Assembly (NCBI GenBank): GCA_029887765.1
Contig: JARXPF010000001.1
Location: forward strand, 488-64,487
Source of the DNA: Thermoproteota archaeon
GTDB lineage: Archaea > Thermoproteota > Methanomethylicia > Methanomethylicales > Methanomethylicaceae
Direction: 5' to 3'
Length of the DNA stretch: 64,000 nucleotides
Shown: positions 28,620-38,846 of the stretch, one piece after another
Numbering within the stretch: position 1 is the stretch's first letter
How the letters are laid out: each line of letters opens with the position of its first letter
Program-made: the position numbers and the translations under genes
The notes under the pieces: model-generated
What the model was told of the DNA's origin: nothing
Seen by the model: the letters and a program-made list of their open reading frames with translations, nothing else
The model's database searches: none

Positions 28620-29849
28620 TTATTTTTTAATTAATTTTTCTAAATTAATTTTTATAGCTTTAATGAATTCTTCAGTAGTTACTATTTTATTTATAGGAGG
28701 TTCTGAAACATTTGCTACATCAGCAGTCATAATTCTATCATTCTCAATAGTTATTTTTACTGCTTTTTCTAATTTATTAGTAAAATCTAAAAGTTCTTTA
28801 TTATTAGTAATTTCACCATTTCTTTTTAAAGCCATAATCCAAGCAAATATTATAGCAGTTGGATTTGTTGAAGTTTTCTCACCTCTCAAATATCTATAGT
28901 AATGTCTTTGAACAGTGCCATGAGCAGCTTCTGAAAGAAAATAACCCTCAGGAGAATATAGTACAGAAGTCATTAAAGCTAAACTTCCTACATATGCTGT
29001 AGCTACAAAATCTGAAAAAACATCTCCATCAAAATTTTTACAAGCCCAAACAAATCCACCTTCAGATCTAACAACTCTTGCAATAGCATCATCTATTAAG
29101 AAATAATAATAGTTTAAGCCAGCATTTTTAAATTCTTCTTTAAATTCATTTTCATAAATTATATTAAAAATTTCTTTAAATCTAGCATCATATACTTTTG
29201 ATATAGTATCCTTACTTGCAAACCATAAATCTAATTTATTTTCTAATGCATATTTAAATGAAGCTCTTGCAAAATTTTCTATTGATTTATCTAAATTATA
29301 TATTGCTTGAATTACTCCAGAATCTTTAAAAAATGGAAATTTTGCCTTAAGCTCATTTCCATTTTTTTGTTTAATAATTAATTCTACTTCAGAAGGTCCT
29401 TCAAATCTTAAACCAATTCCATCATATATATCACCAAATGCATGTCTTGCTACAACTATTGGTTTTTTCCAAAATCTAACTGCTGGTGAAATATTACTTA
29501 ATAAAATTGGAGCTCTAAATATTGTTCCATCTAATATATTTCTTATTGTAGCATTTGGACTTTTCCATTCTTTTTTTAATCCATATTCTTTTACTCTTTC
29601 AGCATTTGGAGTTATTGTTGCACATTTAACTCCAATTTTTAATCTTTTAATTGCTTCAGCAGCTCTTATTGTTATTTCATCATTTGTTTCATCTCTATTC
29701 TTTATACTTAAATCATAATACTCTGTTTTTAAATCAACATAAGGTAATATGAGCTCCTCTTTTACCCATTTCCACATAATCCTAGCCATTTCATCTCCAT
29801 CTATTTCTACAATAGGTTTTTCCATGGAAATTTTCATTTTAAATCCCAA
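28620..29849 (-). CDS. icd: NADP-dependent isocitrate dehydrogenase (type II / eukaryotic-like IDH).
   Basis: 409 aa. PIVEIDGDEMARIMW, YYDLSIKNRDETNDEITI, KCATITP, WKSPNATIRNIL all align with type II IDH. Confidence 0.9.
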   Translation of the reverse strand: MGFKMKISMEKPIVEIDGDEMARIMWKWVKEELILPYVDLKTEYYDLSIKNRDETNDEITIRAAEAIKRLKIGVKCATITPNAERVKEYGLKKEWKSPNATIRNILDGTIFRAPILLSNISPAVRFWKKPIVVARHAFGDIYDGIGLRFEGPSEVELIIKQKNGNELKAKFPFFKDSGVIQAIYNLDKSIENFARASFKYALENKLDLWFASKDTISKVYDARFKEIFNIIYENEFKEEFKNAGLNYYYFLIDDAIARVVRSEGGFVWACKNFDGDVFSDFVATAYVGSLALMTSVLYSPEGYFLSEAAHGTVQRHYYRYLRGEKTSTNPTAIIFAWIMALKRNGEITNNKELLDFTNKLEKAVKITIENDRIMTADVANVSEPPINKIVTTEEFIKAIKINLEKLIKK

Positions 29850-29899
29850 TAATTTAAATTATTAGATTAATAAATAATTTTTCATAAAGAGGGGGAAAA

Positions 29900-30307
29900 T
29901 TGCCAAGAAGAATGATAAGGAAAAAAAGAAAAAGTGGAAGAATGTTTTTTGAAGCTGAAAAAGTATCAAGTAACATGAGTCTTAGTGATATAATGGATAT
30001 AGTATTCACAACTTCAAATTCATATAAGGAAATTGCAAGAATAATATTAGAGTGGATGAAAATGAAAAGTGATGAAGAGAATCGAGGAAAAATTAAATGG
30101 GTTACTACTAGTGAAATGTCAAATTATATAAATGAAAGATTATTGAAAAGAAGAAGAAGTGCTGCATATCATGTTATAAAAAATTACTTAATACCAATGG
30201 GTTTTATAGAATATAGACCTTCAGAATCAAAATATATATTAAGTAAAGATTTTGCTGGAGCTTTAAAAAGACTTGCAGAAGCTTATATAAAATGGATTAC
30301 TACATAA
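29900..30307 (+). CDS. Hypothetical basic protein with a Lys/Arg-rich N-terminus.
   Basis: 135 aa, 13 nt upstream of the NifB-like gene. Confidence 0.35.
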   Translation: MPRRMIRKKRKSGRMFFEAEKVSSNMSLSDIMDIVFTTSNSYKEIARIILEWMKMKSDEENRGKIKWVTTSEMSNYINERLLKRRRSAAYHVIKNYLIPMGFIEYRPSESKYILSKDFAGALKRLAEAYIKWITT

Positions 30308-30320
30308 GTAATGGATTAAA

Positions 30321-31187
30321 ATGTCAAAAAATCCAAAATGGTTTGGAATTGGAGCTAAATTTGCTCATTTAACCTCAGCTCATCCATGTTTTGGAATAAA
30401 AGCTCATTATAAAATAGCTAGAATTCATCTTCCTATAGCACCAATTTGTAATATTCAATGTAATTATTGTACTAGAGCTTTAAATAAATGTGAATGGAGG
30501 CCTGGTGTAGCTTCATGTATAATGAATTTAGATGATGCAATAAAGAAAATTGAAAGTGAAATAAAAACAAATCCTAAATTAAAAGTTGTTGGTATTGCTG
30601 GACCTGGAGAGAGTTTATATAATAAATTAACTTTTGATGTTCTTTATATAATAAAGGAAAAATGGAATTGGCTCATTAGATGTATTTCTACTAATGGATT
30701 ATTAGTAGAAGAAAAAGCAGATGAATTAAAAAATGTTGATGTCCATACAGTAACCATAACTATAAATGCAATTAATGAAGAAGTTGGAGCTAAAATATAC
30801 GAATGGATAAATTATAATGGTAAAATTTTAAGAGGAAAAGAAGGGGCAAAGTTATTAATAGAAAAACAATTAAATGGAATTGAAGCTTTAGTAAAAAGAG
30901 GAATTGTTGTAAGAATAAATACAGTATTAATACCTAGTATAAATATGAATGAAATTGAACTTATTGCTAAAGAAGTTGTAAATAGAGGAGCTAGTTTAAT
31001 GAATATAATACCTTTAATTCCTTTATATAAATTTAAAAAAATAAGAGGACCAACTTGTGAAGAGCTCGAAAAAGCAAGAAAAATTGCAGAAAAATACATA
31101 CCTCAATTTAGACTTTGTAGACAATGCAGATCAGATGCTTATGGTATTCCTGGATTAGAGTCAAAATCAACTTACTTTCATGGTTGA
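30321..31187 (+). CDS. NifB-like radical SAM protein (NifB core domain only, no NifX-like extension).
   Basis: 288 aa. HPCFGIKAHYKIARIHLPIAPICNIQCNYC...CEWRPGV closely matches the NifB N-terminal signature (HPCY..AHH.ARMHLPVAPACNIQCNYC..ESRPGV). Confidence 0.7.
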   Translation: MSKNPKWFGIGAKFAHLTSAHPCFGIKAHYKIARIHLPIAPICNIQCNYCTRALNKCEWRPGVASCIMNLDDAIKKIESEIKTNPKLKVVGIAGPGESLYNKLTFDVLYIIKEKWNWLIRCISTNGLLVEEKADELKNVDVHTVTITINAINEEVGAKIYEWINYNGKILRGKEGAKLLIEKQLNGIEALVKRGIVVRINTVLIPSINMNEIELIAKEVVNRGASLMNIIPLIPLYKFKKIRGPTCEELEKARKIAEKYIPQFRLCRQCRSDAYGIPGLESKSTYFHG

Positions 31188-32684
31188 TTTAATAATAGAT
31201 TTTAAATTTTCACTTTTCACATACTTTATAGTCCCTTCATGTTTTATCTTTATTTTTGTATTTTGAGGAAGAAAAATAGACAATCCCTGTGTTAATGGTA
31301 CTTCTAAATCTTTATTAGAATTTTCTTCTATTGAAACTTGATTTTTTGAAATTTCAATTACATCTCCATTAGAAGGAATAATTATATTTTTAGCATATTT
31401 TTCAACAGATTTAGAAAGATTTAAAAGACTTTGATAATCACCATGAATTAATATTAAATTTTCTGGTTTAATTTTTGATATATAATTACATAATTCACTA
31501 TGCATAGCATGTGCAGAAATATCAATATGTTTAATTTCACAATTAACTTTTACATTTTTTTCCTCTTTATCTATCATATCATAAAGTTTGAATTCACGAA
31601 TACCATTTATTAAATCATAACCAATTGTTCCATTTTCCATATGACCTAAAAGTATTATCATATTATCTAATGATTGAGCAATTCTAATCATATGCCAAAT
31701 ACTCCATCCTCCTCTTAACATCCCAGATGGTGCCATTATTATACAGGGTTCTTTACTAGAATGAATTTCTTTACGTTCAAGTATAGATGAAAAAGTCTTC
31801 AAAGCATCCCATTTAAAAGGATCAATACTATTAAATATATAAGATCGCCTTATATTATCATCCATATATATTATGAATTGTTCATAAACTCTGAGTGCTT
31901 CTATTGACATTCCTTCTAAGTAAATATCTACATTAGGAAGATTATTTCTATTATCTTTTAAAATTTTAAGTATTTCTTGTGTTTTTCCTACAGCAAATAT
32001 AGGTATTAGGACTTTTCCTCCACGTTCAAGTGTAGATTTTATACTTTCTAATAATTCCTTTGTAGCCTCTTCTCTACTTTTCCTATTCTTTCCACCATAA
32101 GTTCCTTCACATATAAGAATGTCTGGATATGCTATATCTTCTGTTCTCCAATATCTAAGATGATTTGATGAAGTTCCAAGATCTCCAGAAAATAAAATTC
32201 TAAAATTATTAATAGAAATTTCAATCATAGCCGATCCAAGTATATGACCAGCATTATGAAAATTTACTTGAATAGAATCTAATTTATAAAGTTCATGATA
32301 AGTTAAGTTTACTGCAAGTTTTGTAAGTGCAGTATACATGTCTTTGGAATCCCAAATTTGATCTTCAAGAGACCATTCTCTATTCATTAAAGAAAGCTCA
32401 TCTTCCCATAATAATTTTAAAAGAGCAAGAGTTGGAAGAGTCATGAATATTTTATTTTTAAATCCTTGTCTTACTAAAGCAGGTATGGCTCCTGTATGAT
32501 CTAAGTGAGCATGAGAAATGAAAATTCCATTTATTTCACTATTAGGCATTATTGGAAGAGAAGCTTTACCTTTCATTGAAGGAGAAATTCCACAATCTAA
32601 TAAAAAATGATTATTATTGAAATCCAATTGTAAACAAGTTCTTCCTACTTCTCTTCCTCCACCAAGTACTTTAATACTTATCAT
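31167..32684 (-). CDS. Beta-CASP family MBL ribonuclease (aCPSF2/RNase J-like).
   Basis: 505 aa. HAHLDHTG, followed by the beta-CASP insertion and C-terminal His motifs. Confidence 0.75.
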   Translation of the reverse strand: MISIKVLGGGREVGRTCLQLDFNNNHFLLDCGISPSMKGKASLPIMPNSEINGIFISHAHLDHTGAIPALVRQGFKNKIFMTLPTLALLKLLWEDELSLMNREWSLEDQIWDSKDMYTALTKLAVNLTYHELYKLDSIQVNFHNAGHILGSAMIEISINNFRILFSGDLGTSSNHLRYWRTEDIAYPDILICEGTYGGKNRKSREEATKELLESIKSTLERGGKVLIPIFAVGKTQEILKILKDNRNNLPNVDIYLEGMSIEALRVYEQFIIYMDDNIRRSYIFNSIDPFKWDALKTFSSILERKEIHSSKEPCIIMAPSGMLRGGWSIWHMIRIAQSLDNMIILLGHMENGTIGYDLINGIREFKLYDMIDKEEKNVKVNCEIKHIDISAHAMHSELCNYISKIKPENLILIHGDYQSLLNLSKSVEKYAKNIIIPSNGDVIEISKNQVSIEENSNKDLEVPLTQGLSIFLPQNTKIKIKHEGTIKYVKSENLKSIIKSTMKVS

Positions 32685-32744
32685 CTTAGACGGTAAAAAA
32701 TTAATAAAATTAAAGATTTAAGTTTTTTTCTATATGGTGAAAAA

Positions 32745-33422
32745 ATGATAAAAGCTATTGCAACAGATGTAGATGGAACTTTAACAAATTATAATGATGA
32801 ATTATATATAGAAGCCATAGCTACTATTAGAGAATTAGAGAGAAAAGGAATAAAAGTAATACTTTGTTCTGGAAATGCTTTATGTGTAACTAAGACTCTT
32901 GCAAAATATATTGGATGTAGTGGACCTACAGTATCAGAAAATGGTGCTGTAATTGAATATAAAGCAAAAATAAGAATTATTGGAAGAAAGAATATAGGAA
33001 GAGAAGCATTAGATGAATTAAAAAAAGTATATAATGAAGAGATAAAAGAGTCTTGGACAAATGCTTATAGATTTGTGGATATAGCCATTAGGAGAAATAT
33101 ACCATTTAATGAAGTAGAAAAAATTGTTAAAAAAATTAATGGAGCAAAAGTAATAGATAGTGGTTTTGCATATCATATAACAGATGAAACTATAGATAAG
33201 GGAAAGGGACTTCTATTGGCTTTAAATCTCATAGGAATAAAACCAGAAGAAGTTCTAGGAATTGGTGATAGTATTACAGATTTAGAAATGCTAAAAGTTT
33301 GTGGTATTAAAGCTGCAGTTGCAAATGCTGATCCAAGAATAAAAGAAATTGCAGACATAATTGCTGAAAAAGAATTTGGACTTGGATTTGTAGAAATAAT
33401 AAATAAAATTGTGAAATTATGA
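32745..33422 (+). CDS. HAD-superfamily hydrolase, Cof/phosphoglycolate-phosphatase-like.
   Basis: 225 aa with DVDGTL, S/T motif CSGN and GDSITD. Confidence 0.8.
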   Translation: MIKAIATDVDGTLTNYNDELYIEAIATIRELERKGIKVILCSGNALCVTKTLAKYIGCSGPTVSENGAVIEYKAKIRIIGRKNIGREALDELKKVYNEEIKESWTNAYRFVDIAIRRNIPFNEVEKIVKKINGAKVIDSGFAYHITDETIDKGKGLLLALNLIGIKPEEVLGIGDSITDLEMLKVCGIKAAVANADPRIKEIADIIAEKEFGLGFVEIINKIVKL

Positions 33423-34096
33423 TAAATAGAAGAGATATAATTAAAGTATTTGATGATATAGCTGAAGATTTTGATAGAACAAGGAAAAGAGTATGGAAAA
33501 GTATTGAAGATGCTGCTCCTTTTAATGAAAGTATTATATTGGATTTAGGAGCAGGAAATGGAAGAAATTCAAAATACATGGTAAATAAAGGAGCTAAACA
33601 AATTATAGCAGTTGATATTTCAATTAATATGTTAAATAAATTATTATTAAATTTAAATGAGAAAGAGAAAGAGATAATAGATATTATAAGATGTGATGCA
33701 TTATATTTACCTTTTAAATCATTAATTTTTGATAAAGTAGTATTCATAGCTACTATACATCATATACCAACAAAAGAAGCAAGAATAAAATCTTTAGAAG
33801 AAGTTTATAGAGTATTGAAAAAAAATGGCCTTCTTTTAATAACAGCATGGTCAAGATTTCAATTTAGATTTTTAAGAAAAATTCCAACTATGATAAAAAT
33901 GTATTTAAAAGGATATGAATTTGGTGATATTTTTGTACCTTGGAAAAATAAAATGAGATTTTATCATTTATTTACATTAAGAGAATTAAAATCTTTAGTA
34001 AAGAAAGTAGGATTTATAATTGAAAAAGCTTATGGTGAAAAAGTTAATTCAAGAATATTTGCAGAAAATTGTGTTGTAGTGGCGAGAAAAAAATGA
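33419..34096 (+). CDS. Class I SAM-dependent methyltransferase, Trm9-like (tRNA wobble-uridine carboxymethyl ester-forming family).
   Basis: 225 aa with LDLGAGNGRNS and HHIPTKEARIKSL..VYRVLKKNG. It overlaps the Elp3 gene start by 28 nt. Confidence 0.6.
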   Translation: MINRRDIIKVFDDIAEDFDRTRKRVWKSIEDAAPFNESIILDLGAGNGRNSKYMVNKGAKQIIAVDISINMLNKLLLNLNEKEKEIIDIIRCDALYLPFKSLIFDKVVFIATIHHIPTKEARIKSLEEVYRVLKKNGLLLITAWSRFQFRFLRKIPTMIKMYLKGYEFGDIFVPWKNKMRFYHLFTLRELKSLVKKVGFIIEKAYGEKVNSRIFAENCVVVARKK

Positions 34097-35670
34097 TGGA
34101 AAAAGAGCTAGTAAATAAAATTATAGAATATTTAAAAGAATATCCTGATAATTTATCTAAAGTAAAATATCTTGCATCTATAGGAATTGGAAGAGTATTA
34201 AAAAATTATGAAATATTAAAATATATTAAAAATGATGAAAAATTAGCAAAGATATTAATAAGTAAGAAAGTAAGAGGGGCTTCTGGAATTTTTACAGTAG
34301 CGGTTATGACAAAGCCTCATAAATGTCCAAAAGAAAAACCATGTTCATATTGTCCAGGTGGTGTGGAATATGGAACACCTCAAAGCTATATAGGTAATGA
34401 ACCTGCATTAATGAGAGCTATACAAAATAATTTCGATCCATATAAACAAGTAATGCATAGACTTTTTCAATATGTTAGAATGGGACATATTCCTTCAAAA
34501 ATTCAATTAATAATAATGGGAGGTACTTTTCCAGCTACAGATTTAGATTATCAAGAATGGTTTGTAACTAGATGTTTAGAAGCTATGAATGATTTTCCAT
34601 ATTCTAGACCATATAGATGGAAGAGTTTAGAATATGCTCAATTAAGAAATGAAAAAAGTAGAGTTAGATGTATAGGAATAACTATAGAAACAAGACCTGA
34701 TTGGGCTAAGGAAAGGCATGTAGATAGAATGATAAAACTTGGAACTACACTTGTTGAAATAGGTGTACAAACAATTTATGATGAAATATTAAAGAAAGTT
34801 AATAGAGGTTGTTATGTTAAAGATACTATTGAAGCTACTAGAATTCTTAGAGATAGTGGACTTAAAGTAGGATATCATATTATGCCAGGTTTGCCTGGAA
34901 GTGATTTTGATAAAGATCTTGAATGTTTAAAAAGAATATTTCAAGATGAAGATTTTAAACCAGATTATTTAAAAATTTATCCAACTTTAGTAATAGAAGG
35001 AACTGAACTTTATAAAGAATGGCTAGTTGGAAATTATAAAGCACTACAAACTGAAGAAGTTATTAAATTACTTATAGAAGCACATAAATATTTTCCAAAA
35101 TGGGTTAGAGTTTCAAGAATACAAAGAGACGTACCTGCTTCATTAATAATTGATGGTGTAAAGAAAAGTAACTTAAGAGAGGAAGTAGAAAGAATATTGA
35201 AATCTCAAGGAATGAAATGTAAATGTATTAGATGTAGAGAAATTGGTTTAGCAAAAATAAAAGGAGAGGAGATAGTTAATTTAAATCCAAAAATAAATAT
35301 AGAAAAGTATGAAGCTGGTAAAGGAATAGAATTATTCATATCTTTAGAAGATGGAGATTATTTAATAGGTTTTTTAAGATTAAGATTTCCATCAGAATTT
35401 GCACATAGAAAAGAAGTAAAGAATGCAGGAGTAATAAGAGAACTTCACATATACGGTCCTCAAGTACCAATTGGAATGAAGAATGAAGAAGCATATCAAC
35501 ATAAAGGATATGGCTCTATACTATTAAATAAAGCTGAGGAAATTACTAAAAATGAATTTGATTTGAATAAAATTATAGTATTACCAGGTGTAGGGGTTAG
35601 AGATTATTATAGAAAAAGAGGTTATCGTAAATTACCTTCTTCACAATATATGATTAAGTATTTAGCATAA
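34069..35670 (+). CDS. elp3: Elp3 homolog (radical SAM + GNAT tRNA wobble-uridine cm5U modification enzyme).
   Basis: 533 aa. Radical SAM Cys cluster (PHKCPKEKPCSYCPGG) and C-terminal GNAT motif (QHKGYGSILL). Confidence 0.85.
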   Translation: MCCSGEKKMMEKELVNKIIEYLKEYPDNLSKVKYLASIGIGRVLKNYEILKYIKNDEKLAKILISKKVRGASGIFTVAVMTKPHKCPKEKPCSYCPGGVEYGTPQSYIGNEPALMRAIQNNFDPYKQVMHRLFQYVRMGHIPSKIQLIIMGGTFPATDLDYQEWFVTRCLEAMNDFPYSRPYRWKSLEYAQLRNEKSRVRCIGITIETRPDWAKERHVDRMIKLGTTLVEIGVQTIYDEILKKVNRGCYVKDTIEATRILRDSGLKVGYHIMPGLPGSDFDKDLECLKRIFQDEDFKPDYLKIYPTLVIEGTELYKEWLVGNYKALQTEEVIKLLIEAHKYFPKWVRVSRIQRDVPASLIIDGVKKSNLREEVERILKSQGMKCKCIRCREIGLAKIKGEEIVNLNPKINIEKYEAGKGIELFISLEDGDYLIGFLRLRFPSEFAHRKEVKNAGVIRELHIYGPQVPIGMKNEEAYQHKGYGSILLNKAEEITKNEFDLNKIIVLPGVGVRDYYRKRGYRKLPSSQYMIKYLA

Positions 35671-35709
35671 TTTTTTATATTAGTTTAAATTTTTATTGAA
35701 TGAAAGAAA

Positions 35710-37230
35710 ATGGATTTAGAGGAAGTTGTTTCAGATTTATCAGCAATAAAATCAGGATTTATAATAGATTTAATTAGTGGAGGGAAGATTACAAATAAAG
35801 TAATAATACCAGAAGTTATTATCAATAATATAAGAAGAGAAGCTAAAAAAGGGAATATTTTAGCTTTAGAAGAATTAATAAATTTAAAAGATATTGCAGA
35901 TCAAGTTGGAGTAATAATAGAAGTAAGGGATAATAGAAGAAGAATTCAAGAAGAGGACATGGCTGCTTTAGATTTAGCAATAGATGGTAATTATCCTTTA
36001 GTAACCTCTGATGAAAAAATTGCAAAAATAGCTAAATCTATAGGAATTGAAGTAATATTTGGAAAAGCAAAATTACAAGGCCCTCCTATATTTACAAAAT
36101 TCTTTTCAGAAGGCGTTATGTCAGTACATCTTAAAGAAGGATTAATTCCAAGAGGTAAAATTGGAACACCAGGATCTTGGAGATTAGAAAATATTGGAGA
36201 TAAAGTATTAGAAGCTAGTGAAATTGAGAGAATCATTCAAGATATATTTGAAAGAGTAGAACAAGGTGAAGGAATTTCAGAAATTGATAGAGAAGGATCA
36301 AAAATTTTAATGTTAGATAATTACAGAGTCATAATAACACTTCCACCTTTTTCAGATAAGCCAGAAATAACAATAACTAAAAAATTAGTAGATTTAGAAA
36401 TTGAAGATTATAATCTTTCACAAAAATTAATAAAGAGATTTAAAGAGAGAGCTGAAGGTATATTAATAGCAGGAGCGCCAGGAATGGGAAAAACAACTTT
36501 TGCTAGAGCTCTTGCAAAATTCTATCTTAGAGAAAATAAAATTATAAAAACTATTGAATCTCCAAGAGATTTATGTTTACCAAGTACTGTAACTCAATAT
36601 TCTAAATCAAAATCTTCATCAGAAGAAATTCATGATGTATTATTATTGAGTAGACCAGATTATACATTCTTTGATGAAATGAGAGATGATGATGACTTTA
36701 AAATATTTACTGATTTAAGATTAGCTGGAGTAGGCATGGTTGGAGTTATTCATGCAGCAACACCTATTGATGCTATACAAAGATTTATTGGTAGAGTTGA
36801 ATTAGGAATGATTCCTTCAATAATTGATACTGTAATTTTTATAAATAAAGGTATGGTGGAAAAAGTATATGAACTTGAGACAAAAGTAAAAATACCTCAT
36901 GGTTTAACAGAATCAGATTTAACAAGACCAGTTGTGCTTGTGAGAAATTTTGAAACAAAAGAAGTTGAATATGAAATATATGTTTTTGGAGAAAGAACTT
37001 TTGTTGTTCCTTTAAAGTCAAAAGAAAAAGAGAATGTAGTAATATCAATGATAAATAAAGTATTAGAGAGACATATACCAATGGAGAATGTTATTATTGA
37101 AGAAAATAATGAAGGTGTAGTAATAGGGATTCCTACAAATATAATTAATTATGCATTAAAAAGATGTAGAAAGAAAATTCAAAAAATTGAAGAAAAAATG
37201 GGAATAAGAATAATAATTAAACCTATTTAA
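35710..37230 (+). CDS. PIN-domain / P-loop ATPase / KH-domain protein (COG1855-type PilT-PhoH-like ATPase).
   Basis: 506 aa with an N-terminal PIN-like fold, Walker A GAPGMGKTT and a C-terminal KH-like segment. Confidence 0.6.
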   Translation: MDLEEVVSDLSAIKSGFIIDLISGGKITNKVIIPEVIINNIRREAKKGNILALEELINLKDIADQVGVIIEVRDNRRRIQEEDMAALDLAIDGNYPLVTSDEKIAKIAKSIGIEVIFGKAKLQGPPIFTKFFSEGVMSVHLKEGLIPRGKIGTPGSWRLENIGDKVLEASEIERIIQDIFERVEQGEGISEIDREGSKILMLDNYRVIITLPPFSDKPEITITKKLVDLEIEDYNLSQKLIKRFKERAEGILIAGAPGMGKTTFARALAKFYLRENKIIKTIESPRDLCLPSTVTQYSKSKSSSEEIHDVLLLSRPDYTFFDEMRDDDDFKIFTDLRLAGVGMVGVIHAATPIDAIQRFIGRVELGMIPSIIDTVIFINKGMVEKVYELETKVKIPHGLTESDLTRPVVLVRNFETKEVEYEIYVFGERTFVVPLKSKEKENVVISMINKVLERHIPMENVIIEENNEGVVIGIPTNIINYALKRCRKKIQKIEEKMGIRIIIKPI

Positions 37231-37242
37231 TGGTGTAATTTA

Positions 37243-38076
37243 TTGAAAGAAAGGATTGTGAGAAAAGCTTTAGAAAAAATTTTTTCAAAAGAAGATTTAG
37301 AAAAAGCAATAACATCAATAGATATAATTGGAGATATTGCTATAATAAAAATCCCTTGGGAATGGGAGAATAAGAAATATGAAATAGGAGAAGCAATTTT
37401 ATCTAGTTTAAATGGAATTAAAGGAGTATTTAGACAAATTAGTCCTGTAGATCCAGAATATAGAGTAAGAGGTGTAGAATGGCTAGCTGGTAAAAAAGAA
37501 ACTATAACAATTCATAAAGAACATGGTTGTTTATATAAATTAGATATAGCAAAAGTATACTTTTCTCCAAGATTGTCTTTTGAAAGATTAAGAATAGCTA
37601 AATTAGTTAAAGAAGGAGAAATTATAATAAATATGTTTGCAGGTATTGGAACTTTTTCAATTTTAATAGCTAAAAAAAGTAATCCAAGTAGAATTTTTTC
37701 AATTGATAAAAATCCTGAAGCTTTTAAATATATGATTGAGAATACTATTATAAATAAAGTGTACAAAAAGGTATTTCCTATACTTGGAGATGCAAAAGAA
37801 GTAGTTAAAGAATTTGAAGGAATGGCTGATAGAATTCTCATGCCATTGCCAGATTTAGCAATTCAATATCTTCCATATGCTATTAATAGTTTAAAAGATT
37901 ATGGATGGATTCATATTTATTTACATCAAGAAAGTAAAAATAGAAAAAATGCTATAGTAGAAGCTGAAAAACTTTTAAGAAGAATAATTAATGTTAAGAA
38001 TATTAATGGAAGAGTTGTGAGAAGTGTGGGAAGAAAATTATATCAAGTAGTATTAGATTTGGAAATTTCGAAATGA
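37243..38076 (+). CDS. trm5: Trm5/TYW2-family tRNA (m1G37) methyltransferase (Met-10+ like).
   Basis: 277 aa with INMFAGIGTFSI and the downstream D-loop motifs of the Trm5 family. Confidence 0.7.
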   Translation: MKERIVRKALEKIFSKEDLEKAITSIDIIGDIAIIKIPWEWENKKYEIGEAILSSLNGIKGVFRQISPVDPEYRVRGVEWLAGKKETITIHKEHGCLYKLDIAKVYFSPRLSFERLRIAKLVKEGEIIINMFAGIGTFSILIAKKSNPSRIFSIDKNPEAFKYMIENTIINKVYKKVFPILGDAKEVVKEFEGMADRILMPLPDLAIQYLPYAINSLKDYGWIHIYLHQESKNRKNAIVEAEKLLRRIINVKNINGRVVRSVGRKLYQVVLDLEISK

Positions 38077-38846
38077 AGGAATTAGAAAATTGGTTCATGA
38101 ATTTAAAAAATGTATTAATAGCTTATTCAGGTGGTTTGGATAGTACATTAATAGCTTATATTGCAAATAAAGTTTTAAATAATAAAGCCATGGCAGTTAC
38201 TATTAAAACACTATTTATAGATGAATATGAATTAGAATATGCTATTAAAAAAGCAAAGGAATTAGGAATTAAACATAAAGTTGTGGAATTAAATTTACCA
38301 GAAATTCTATTTGAAAATCCTAGAAATAGATGTTATATTTGTAAAAAATATATGATTAAAAAATTAAAAGAAATTGCAAAAGAAGAAGGATATGATTTAA
38401 TTATTGATGGAACAAATTATGATGATTTAAATGAAAATAGATTAGGAATAATTGCTTTAAAAGAAGAAGGAATAAGAAGTCCTTTAGCTGAATTAAGGAT
38501 AAATAAAAATAAAATTAAAGAAATTTCAAAAGAACTTGGATTAAATTATAAAAAATCAAGTAATACATGTTTAGCTACTAGATTTCCTTATGGATATAAA
38601 ATAAAACTAGAAGAATTAAAAATGGTAGCTAATGCTGAAAAAATAATTAAAGAAGAAGGATTTGAAAATGTAAGAGTAAGACATTTTGGCAATATAGCAA
38701 AAATAGAAGTAGAAAAAGAATATATTTCAAGATTCATGAATGAAGATTTAAGAGAAAGAATTATAAATAAACTTAAATTTATTGGATATAAAGTAATTAC
38801 ATTAGATTTAGAAGGTTATTCGAGTGGAAAAATGGAATTTATTTAA
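38073..38846 (+). CDS. PP-loop ATP pyrophosphatase (LarE/TIGR00268-like sulfur-transferase family).
   Basis: 257 aa with SGGLDST PP-loop and conserved Cys residues (CYICK, C...TR). Confidence 0.6.
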   Translation: MKELENWFMNLKNVLIAYSGGLDSTLIAYIANKVLNNKAMAVTIKTLFIDEYELEYAIKKAKELGIKHKVVELNLPEILFENPRNRCYICKKYMIKKLKEIAKEEGYDLIIDGTNYDDLNENRLGIIALKEEGIRSPLAELRINKNKIKEISKELGLNYKKSSNTCLATRFPYGYKIKLEELKMVANAEKIIKEEGFENVRVRHFGNIAKIEVEKEYISRFMNEDLRERIINKLKFIGYKVITLDLEGYSSGKMEFI

